Positions 57,359 through 64,000 of a stretch of DNA of 64,000 bases are shown piece by piece. Each line of letters opens with the position of its first letter. The first letter of the stretch is position 1. The stretch lies in contig MHTJ01000004.1 in assembly GCA_001823065.1 (NCBI GenBank), positions 37,839-101,838 of the forward strand, read 5' to 3'. The stretch is from Candidatus Vogelbacteria bacterium RIFOXYD1_FULL_44_32 (GTDB taxonomy: Bacteria; Patescibacteriota; Minisyncoccia; Phycocordibacterales; XYD1-FULL-46-19). The notes below the pieces were generated by a model. It had not been told where the DNA came from. It saw only the letters and a program-made list of their open reading frames with translations, and ran no database searches. The position numbers and the translations under genes are program-made.

Positions 57359-57541
57359 CTAACGACTGACCCACTGTTCTTCCTTTTGCAACTCCAAGCG
57401 ATAGAGTAGGGCGAGCACGTCGCCCGCAATAGCCAAGACAGGGTGCGGGTACGGGCTGATGCGCTCGCTCGAGGTGTCGGTCTTCGGGTTCCAGTCTGGT
57501 GACACCGGCGGGTGGATAGGGGGAGTGTTTCCTTCTACCAT
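57359..57541 (-). CDS. Small orphan ORF downstream of the attenuator
   Basis: 60 aa, GAAGGAG upstream. Confidence 0.45.
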   Translation of the reverse strand: MVEGNTPPIHPPVSPDWNPKTDTSSERISPYPHPVLAIAGDVLALLYRLELQKEEQWVSR

Positions 57542-57571
57542 TTTCTATTCTCCTTCTTTGTGTAAAGACCA

Positions 57572-57698
57572 AAGCAAAAGCCCTCCGGGTGGAGGGCTTG
57601 CGGGTATTTGATTCCAGACTTCGGAATTACGCACCAGCAAAACCTCCACTAGAGGTGGCAAGGAGGAGCTGTAGCAAATTAACATAATTAGCTTTCAT
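57572..57698 (-). promoter_or_regulatory. Putative Leu-rich leader-peptide attenuator
   Basis: Leader 57698-57627 MKANYVNLLQLLLATSSGGFAGA*; terminator aagccctcc-accc-ggagggctttt; alternative pairing tggaggttttgc:gcaagccctcca. Confidence 0.55.
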
Positions 57699-57749
57699 AT
57701 TTATAGGGTAGCAGAGTGAAAAAATCTGGCAAGACTATTTTCTCCACAA

Positions 57750-59696
57750 CTATTTCACAAATTCAAAATCAACGGTTTTTTTGGACAGGTCGGCGCCAAC
57801 CAATTTCATCTTTACTTTGTCACCCAGTCGAAAGGCAGTGCCGCGCTTTTTGCCGATTAGGGCAAACTTTTTCTCGTCATATTCGTAAAAGTCATCACCA
57901 AGAGAACCAAGGCGGACCAGCCCCTCGGTCTTGGTTTCGCTTTCTTCCACAAACATTCCCCAGTCAGTGACACCAGAAATTATACCAGCAAAAGTTTGGC
58001 CAATTTTCTCCAGCATAAATTCTACTTGTTTGTAGCGAATAGAGTCGCGCTCGGCTTCGGCAGCTTTAATTTCCATTTCGGTCGAGTGGACCACGTCTTC
58101 GGCGATCGAGGTGAGAGTGGCGGGAGTGGGTTTTTTATCAGCTAGATAATCAGCGAGCAAGCGGTGGACCAAAACATCGGGGTAGCGACGAATCGGTGAA
58201 GTAAAGTGGGTGTAATAGGTGAAAGCCAAACCCCAATGGCCAATATTACGGGTTGAATAAATTGCTTTAGACATGGCGCGGACGGCGGCCCGATTGATAA
58301 TATCTTCTTCGGGTTGGCCTGAAGCTTTGGTGAGCAAAGCGTTTAAATCAATCGGTGATATTTTCTCGTCAACAATTTTAATATTATAGCCCAAGGGGGT
58401 GAGAAAATTTTGTAAATTAATTATTTTTTCAATATTAGGGTAGTCGTGAATCCGATAGACGAAAGCATCGTCCTTGCCTTGGTGGGCCTTAGCCGCGTAC
58501 TCGGCTACTTTTTTATTGGCCAAAAGCATAAAGTCTTCAATCAGTAAGTTGGACTCAATCCGCTCTTTTTTATAAACCTCGAGGGGTTTACCATCTTTAT
58601 CTAATTTAAACCGGACTTCAGAGTCTTCAAAAGAAATTGCTCCCGCTTCAATTTTTTTGGCCCGAAGACCGCGGGCAATATCACGCAGAGCTAGTAGGTT
58701 GTCATATTGTTCACCAGCTCCGGCATCTAATATGTTTTGGACTTCCTCGTAAGTAAAACGACGGTCGGAGTTGATAATAGTGCGACCATACCACTGGTCT
58801 TTAATCTGGCCCGTGCGGTCTAAAACAAACACCGAAGCAAAAGTGAGGCGGTCTTCGTGGGGGACCAAACTGCAGACATTGTTGGATAGGACCTCGGGCA
58901 ACATCGGAATAGTGCGGTCGACCAAGTAAATAGAAGTAGCGCGTTTGCGGGCCTCGCGGTCAAGCGCCGTACCAGGGCGAACATAGTGTGATACGTCAGC
59001 AATGTGGATACCAACTTCGAAATCACCATTGGGTAAAGTTTTAATCGATAGGGCGTCGTCGAAGTCTTTGGCGTCCAGCGGGTCAATCGTGCAGGTAAAA
59101 GTATCTCGAAAGTCCCGGCGGTTTTTAGCGTCGGCTTGTATATGAGCAGTGGCATCTCTTTCGATTAGTTTGGCTTCAGTTTCGACCGCTTCGGGAAAAT
59201 CGAGATCAAAACCTCGTTCGAGGACAATCGCGCGCATTTCGGTTTCGTGGGCGCCGGGCTGGCCGATGACAGATACAATCTGGCCGCGCGGATTTTTTTC
59301 GCCTGCTGGCCAGTCGGTCATCTCGACCAAAATTTTGTCGCCAAGATTAGCCCCGGTGGCTTTTAGGTCGGGAGTCGGGGAGAGTAAAATATCGACGTAT
59401 AATTTTTTGTCGTCAGGAACCAAAAAATACGAACCGTTGTCTTCGTCGAGAATGCCGACAAATTGATTTTTGGCCCGTTTGATAATATTTAGCACTTCAC
59501 CAGTCTGATCTTCACCACGTTTAGGGTGAAGGAGGATAGAGACAGTGTCGCCGTTTAGAGCGGTGTGTAAGAAGCCATTTTCAATTTCGACAAAATTACC
59601 AGTTTGGTCATTGAGGACAAAACCTAGACCTTTGCCGTTGATTTTTATGATGCCTTCGAGGGATTGTTTAGCAGATTGTTCTTTTTTAATATTCAT
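57750..59696 (-). CDS. rnr: Ribonuclease R
   Basis: TIDPLDAKDFDDA, HIADV, YTHFTSPIRRYPD, C-terminal S1 domain. Confidence 0.95.
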   Translation of the reverse strand: MNIKKEQSAKQSLEGIIKINGKGLGFVLNDQTGNFVEIENGFLHTALNGDTVSILLHPKRGEDQTGEVLNIIKRAKNQFVGILDEDNGSYFLVPDDKKLYVDILLSPTPDLKATGANLGDKILVEMTDWPAGEKNPRGQIVSVIGQPGAHETEMRAIVLERGFDLDFPEAVETEAKLIERDATAHIQADAKNRRDFRDTFTCTIDPLDAKDFDDALSIKTLPNGDFEVGIHIADVSHYVRPGTALDREARKRATSIYLVDRTIPMLPEVLSNNVCSLVPHEDRLTFASVFVLDRTGQIKDQWYGRTIINSDRRFTYEEVQNILDAGAGEQYDNLLALRDIARGLRAKKIEAGAISFEDSEVRFKLDKDGKPLEVYKKERIESNLLIEDFMLLANKKVAEYAAKAHQGKDDAFVYRIHDYPNIEKIINLQNFLTPLGYNIKIVDEKISPIDLNALLTKASGQPEEDIINRAAVRAMSKAIYSTRNIGHWGLAFTYYTHFTSPIRRYPDVLVHRLLADYLADKKPTPATLTSIAEDVVHSTEMEIKAAEAERDSIRYKQVEFMLEKIGQTFAGIISGVTDWGMFVEESETKTEGLVRLGSLGDDFYEYDEKKFALIGKKRGTAFRLGDKVKMKLVGADLSKKTVDFEFVK

Positions 59697-59758
59697 GTAA
59701 GTGTGAGTATAGCAGTAAATATTGACCTCGACTAGGATTTCTGCTACGATACGGCGGT

Positions 59759-60268
59759 ATGTTAAAACTAAGATTACAACGGGTAGGACGCAAAAATGAC
59801 CCCTCGTTTCGGGTGGTTGTTACTGAGTCCCAAAATGGCCCCCAGAGTGGGAAATTTTTAGAAGTGCTTGGTTCTTATGATGCTCGTCAAGGTGTACCCC
59901 AATTAAAGGGTGACCGGATTAAACATTGGATTGCCATGGGGGCCCAGGTTTCTGCTACGATGCATAATATGCTGGTGCGGTTTGGCGTCATTGAAGGTAA
60001 AAAGATAAATAACTTACCGGCGCTAAAACCAGTAGAGCCTAAAGCTGACAGCTCGGCCACGGAAGCAAAACCAGAAGCCAAGCCAGAGGGGGTGGAGGAA
60101 AAGACTGAGGAAGTAAAGGCGGAGGCAGAAGTGGTTGCTGAAGAGCCGGTAGCAGAAGCTCCAGTAGTAGAAGCCCCCGCCGAAGTTGCAGAACCAGCCG
60201 AGGCGGTACCTGCTCCAGCCGAGGTAGCCGAGGAAGTAGTGACAGCAGAAGAAAAACCAGCCGAATAA
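59759..60268 (+). CDS. rpsP: 30S ribosomal protein bS16 with Ala/Glu/Pro-rich extension
   Basis: MLKLRLQRVG, LGSY, GAQ. Confidence 0.95.
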   Translation: MLKLRLQRVGRKNDPSFRVVVTESQNGPQSGKFLEVLGSYDARQGVPQLKGDRIKHWIAMGAQVSATMHNMLVRFGVIEGKKINNLPALKPVEPKADSSATEAKPEAKPEGVEEKTEEVKAEAEVVAEEPVAEAPVVEAPAEVAEPAEAVPAPAEVAEEVVTAEEKPAE

Positions 60269-60413
60269 ATTAATTTTTTCAGCCAGCACGCTAAGTCACT
60301 TTTTAGTGATTAGCGTGCTTTGACTTTTGACCGGCTTTTTTTTAGAATTAAGTAAACAGATGCCGCTGATGTGGGCATCTAAAATTAATAAGAGTTTTTT
60401 AGCAAATACTAAA

Positions 60414-60731
60414 ATGGCTGAAAATTACGCTGATAAAGATTTTCTAGAAATGGTAGTCAAAGCATTGGTTGATCACCCGCAAGATGTAAAAGTTGAGCGT
60501 AAGGTAGATGAAATGGGTGTGCTGGTTTCTCTAGATGTGCATGCCGAGGATATGGGTAAGATTATTGGTCGGCAAGGCAACACGGCGAAGGCGATCCGAA
60601 CTTTGTTGCGAGTAGTTGGTATGAAAAATAATGCGCGGGTTAATTTGAAAATAAATGAGCCAGCCGGTAGTTTGCGGGGGCAAAGTGCCGCCGCGTCGGT
60701 GGACCAAGTGATGGAGGATTTGAAGATGTAA
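60414..60731 (+). CDS. khpA: KH-domain RNA-binding protein
   Basis: LVDHP, DMGKIIGRQGNTAKAIR; rpsP-KH-trmD gene order. Confidence 0.9.
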   Translation: MAENYADKDFLEMVVKALVDHPQDVKVERKVDEMGVLVSLDVHAEDMGKIIGRQGNTAKAIRTLLRVVGMKNNARVNLKINEPAGSLRGQSAAASVDQVMEDLKM

Positions 60732-60738
60732 ATTTTTT

Positions 60739-60777
60739 AAAACCCCCCAACGGCGCTTCGCGCCGTTGGGGGGTTTT
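60739..60777. terminator. Bidirectional hairpin terminator / REP-like palindrome
   Basis: aaaaccccccaacggcgc-TTC-gcgccgttggggggtttt. Confidence 0.75.
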
Positions 60778-60825
60778 GGTTTTGACTATTTTCAAAACAA
60801 AAAAAATGTGTTATTGTTTTAATCA

Positions 60826-61476
60826 ATGAATTTCCATATTATTTCGGTGGTACCCGAGGCGCTGGCGAGCTATTTAAATAGCTCGATTATTGGTCGCGCT
60901 GTGGGGACCAAAAAAATCAAGGTCAAAATTTTGAACCCGCGCGACTTTACGAAAGACAAACACAAAAAAGCGGATGAGCGCCCGTATGGCGGTGGGCCGG
61001 GGATGGTGCTAAAGGCTCTGCCTATTTTACAGGCCACCGAAAAAATCCTCGCGCGCAAAGACCCAAAGAAAACCAAGGTCATTATTTTTTCACCGGGCGG
61101 AAAGTTATTTACGAATGAGCTTGCGGCTCAGTGGGCAAAAAAATATACCGATATTGTGATGATTTCCGGTCGCTACGAAGGTATTGATGGCCGAGTGAAG
61201 AAAATTTTAAAGGCCGAAGAGATATCGGTTGGGCCGTATGTGCTCACTGGTGGGGAACTGCCGGCACTGATTGTTTTGGATACAGTGACGCGCAAGCTGC
61301 CGGGGGTGCTAGGTAAAGACGCGTCGGTGGAGGAAAGGCGGGTGGCCTCGGGCGAGGTTTATACTCGGCCGGAAATTTTGGAATATAAAAAGAAAAAGTA
61401 TCGGGTGCCGAAAGTCCTCTTGTCGGGCCACCACCAGAATATCGACGGCTGGCGCGGGGAGAGGAAGTCGCTCTAA
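60826..61476 (+). CDS. trmD: tRNA (m1G37) methyltransferase
   Basis: PYGGGPGM, GRYEGID, YVLTGGE, YTRP, LLSGHH. Confidence 0.96.
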   Translation: MNFHIISVVPEALASYLNSSIIGRAVGTKKIKVKILNPRDFTKDKHKKADERPYGGGPGMVLKALPILQATEKILARKDPKKTKVIIFSPGGKLFTNELAAQWAKKYTDIVMISGRYEGIDGRVKKILKAEEISVGPYVLTGGELPALIVLDTVTRKLPGVLGKDASVEERRVASGEVYTRPEILEYKKKKYRVPKVLLSGHHQNIDGWRGERKSL

Positions 61477-61511
61477 TTTAACCGAGCACCAAGACTTTAG
61501 CTGGTGCTTGG

Positions 61512-61539
61512 TTGACACTTTTTTACCGTCTGGTATACT
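61512..61539 (+). promoter_or_regulatory. sigma70 promoter for rpoB, implying a ~270-nt leader
   Basis: TTGACA-16-TATACT. Confidence 0.65.
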
Positions 61540-61812
61540 GTCCCCAATTCGGCAAGATTGAGTTGCGACCGCCGTCCGAAGCAACGTTTCTTGCATTTAT
61601 CTCAGATGGTTTTAAGCCCGAAGCGTCAAGCAGAGGGAGTTCTGTGGTTTGGTTTCATTTGTCATTTCTTTTTCGGCAGATGTTTTCTGGAGTACGGATA
61701 TTTTCTTGCTAGAAAATTCCTCGAGCTCGCGCCGCCGCGCTCCCTAGTCTCCAGCAAACACCCGCCTTCAACGAAATGATTTTGGGTAATTATTTTTTAA
61801 TAATAATTTTTA

Positions 61813-64000
61813 ATGGAGCAAAAAACTTTTTCGCGGTTTAAAAAACCGCTCGCTGAGATCCCGAATCTAATGGAACTACAGACCACCTCGTATCAGTGGC
61901 TGGTGAAGTTGGGGCTAAAAGAATTGTTTGAAGAATTTTCGTCAATCAAAGATTACTCGGAAAAGAAGTTTCAACTTGATTTTACTAGTTTTCAGCTCGA
62001 TGAACCAAAATACGACGAGCATTATGCGAAGGAAAACAAACTTTCTTATGACGCTCCCTTGCGCGTCAAGGTCAAGCTCCACAACAAGACTTTAAATCAG
62101 GACAAAGAACAGGAAATCTTTTTGGCTGATTTCCCACTTATGACCGCACACGGGACGTTTATTATCAACGGTATCGAGCGGGTGGTTGTGCCCCAGCTAG
62201 CGCGGTCGTTTGGTGTCTTTTTTACCGACAATGATATTCGTGGGAATAAATATTTTGGGGCAAAAATCATTCCCTCACGCGGGGTTTGGATTGAATTTGA
62301 GACGGAAGCGGATGGAGCTATTTATGTCCGCATCGACCGCAAGCGCAAGTTTCCGGTGAGTTCGCTGTTGCGGATTTTAGGTGATTTGGCAGGGCAAAAG
62401 ATGGAGGGGGAGGATATGGAAAAATTGTTTGCTGACCAAGGGGTAGATATAAATTATATTAAAGCCACCTTAGCCAAAGACCACGCCAAAACGGCCGAAG
62501 ATTCCTATGTCGAGGTCTATAAACGTTTGCGTGATTCTGACCTAGCCACGGCGGCCAATTCGAAAGAATTTGTGTCTAGTCTTTTTACGCGGGAAAAATA
62601 TGACTTTTCAGTGGTGGGGCGGATGCGGTTTAACGAGCGCTTCAACTTACCAAATACCGATAAAACTAGAGAAAAAAGAATCATCGATTTAGCCGATGTG
62701 GTTTTGATTATTGCCCATGTTATTACCCTAAACACCACTAAAGGGGCTAAAGCCGACGATATTGACCACCTCGGATTTAGACGAGTGCGGTCAGTGGGGG
62801 AAATGTTACAACAGAAATTGAAAGTGGGTATGACCCAAATGAAGCGTAATATTCAAGATCGGATGTCGACCGTGGAAGCGACCACTTTGCTTCCTATTCA
62901 ACTGATCTCACCTCGCCCCCTTCAGGCCCGCTTGAAAGAATTTTTTACGACTAACCAGCTGTCTCAATTTATGGGGCAGGAAAACGTCTTGGCCGAAATC
63001 GAGCACCTGCGTCGTTTGTCCGCTCTCGGACCGGGCGGTCTTACTCGCGAACGGGCTGGGCTCGAGGTACGTGATGTGCACACCTCCCACTATGGTCGGG
63101 TGTGTCCGATTCACACCCCCGAAGGGCCAAATATTGGTCTGATTCTTTATTTATCTTCTTACGCTCGAGTCAATGAATACGGTATTATTGAATCGCCTTA
63201 TCGCAAAGTGCTCAATGGTAAAATTACCGAGGAGCTAATATTCCTCAATGCTTTAGAGGAAGAAAAATATAATATTGCGCATGCGGGGGTACGTTACGAC
63301 GACACGGGCAAACTTTTAGATGAAATGGTGGAGGTGCGGGTAAATGCCAAACCGGGTTTGATTGCTGCCAAAGAGGTGAATTTGATTGATGTCGCTCCAA
63401 ACCAGGCGTACTCGATTGCTACTTCGATGATTCCATTTCTGGAGCACGATGATGCCAACCGCGCGCTGATGGGTTCAAATATGCAGAAACAGTCCGTACC
63501 TCTTTTGGTACCAGAAGCCCCCTTGGTTGCGACTGGAGTAGAAGGTAAAGTGGCTCGCGACTCGGGACGCATAATTTGTGCCCAGCGGAGCGGGGTGGTA
63601 AGCAAAGTTGATGGTCGTCATGTGGCGGTCAAAAATGATGATGGGAAAGTGGAAGCTTATGATTTGGTTACTTTTTCTAAAACTAATAATGACTCAATCT
63701 TTCACCAGCGAGCAGTGGTGGGGATTGGCCAGAAAGTGAAAAAAGGGGATTTGTTGGTAGACACCTCATCTTCAGACCAGGGCCAAGCGGCCGTGGGTCA
63801 AAATGCCTTGGTGGCTTTTATGTCTTGGTATGGGGCCAACTACGAAGATGCGATTATTATTTCCGAACGGTTGGTAAAAAACAGTAAATTTTCTTCTGTT
63901 TGTATTGAAGAATTTCAAGCCGATGTCCGTGATACTAAACTAGGGCCAGAAATTACGACCCATGATATTCCTAATGTGGGTGAAGGTAAGTTGCGCAATC
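61813..64000 (+). CDS. rpoB: RNA polymerase beta subunit (3'-partial; absent from the ORF track)
   Basis: PLMTAHGTFIINGIERVVV, DDIDHLG, QLSQFM, SALGPGGL, EVRDVH.SHYGRVCP, EHDDANRALMGSNMQ. Confidence 0.97.
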   Translation, partial: MEQKTFSRFKKPLAEIPNLMELQTTSYQWLVKLGLKELFEEFSSIKDYSEKKFQLDFTSFQLDEPKYDEHYAKENKLSYDAPLRVKVKLHNKTLNQDKEQEIFLADFPLMTAHGTFIINGIERVVVPQLARSFGVFFTDNDIRGNKYFGAKIIPSRGVWIEFETEADGAIYVRIDRKRKFPVSSLLRILGDLAGQKMEGEDMEKLFADQGVDINYIKATLAKDHAKTAEDSYVEVYKRLRDSDLATAANSKEFVSSLFTREKYDFSVVGRMRFNERFNLPNTDKTREKRIIDLADVVLIIAHVITLNTTKGAKADDIDHLGFRRVRSVGEMLQQKLKVGMTQMKRNIQDRMSTVEATTLLPIQLISPRPLQARLKEFFTTNQLSQFMGQENVLAEIEHLRRLSALGPGGLTRERAGLEVRDVHTSHYGRVCPIHTPEGPNIGLILYLSSYARVNEYGIIESPYRKVLNGKITEELIFLNALEEEKYNIAHAGVRYDDTGKLLDEMVEVRVNAKPGLIAAKEVNLIDVAPNQAYSIATSMIPFLEHDDANRALMGSNMQKQSVPLLVPEAPLVATGVEGKVARDSGRIICAQRSGVVSKVDGRHVAVKNDDGKVEAYDLVTFSKTNNDSIFHQRAVVGIGQKVKKGDLLVDTSSSDQGQAAVGQNALVAFMSWYGANYEDAIIISERLVKNSKFSSVCIEEFQADVRDTKLGPEITTHDIPNVGEGKLRN

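Noticed and set aside
62517-63605. Minus-strand ORFs near the window end
   Set aside because: Antisense shadows of rpoB
1-64000. Alternative genetic code (TGA as Gly)
   Set aside because: Conserved genes are intact in code 11 and several end at TGA

Overview
A 64-kb bacterial chromosomal window made up mostly of housekeeping genes: pyrG (partial), murB, gatB, a gap-rpiB-rpe-tkt-gpsA-glpK-pfkB-fba sugar cluster, rplY, rpmE-prfA-rpsB-tsf, pheST, gyrB, thrS, dnaE, rnhB-rpmF-nusB-rnc, smc, rnr, rpsP-khpA-trmD and rpoB (partial), plus tRNA-Gln(CTG) and tRNA-Thr(TGT). Shortened EF-Ts, PheS, PheT and SMC, a split transketolase and a NusB-Nudix fusion suggest a Patescibacteria/CPR (Parcubacteria-like) genome; this is an inference. 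The most unusual signals are: (1) a family of 150-270 bp hairpin elements with fixed asymmetric ends (TAGGGCRCTC...TCGCTGGGTTGG) that usually reuse a gene's stop codon, carry different internal hairpins with compensatory changes, and are followed by truncated sister elements; (2) a REP-associated tyrosine transposase with inverted REPs on both sides and a third REP inside its coding sequence; (3) a ~2.7-kb islet bounded by a duplicated pheT 3' end, encoding a nucleoside deoxyribosyltransferase-like/polyprenyl synthase-like fusion; (4) both tRNAs followed by a short structured element and a copy of their own 3' end; (5) a Leu-rich leader-peptide attenuator upstream of an orphan ORF; (6) core genes that look leaderless, while orphan cassettes carry strong Shine-Dalgarno sites. 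All calls come from reading the sequence by eye; no searches were run.
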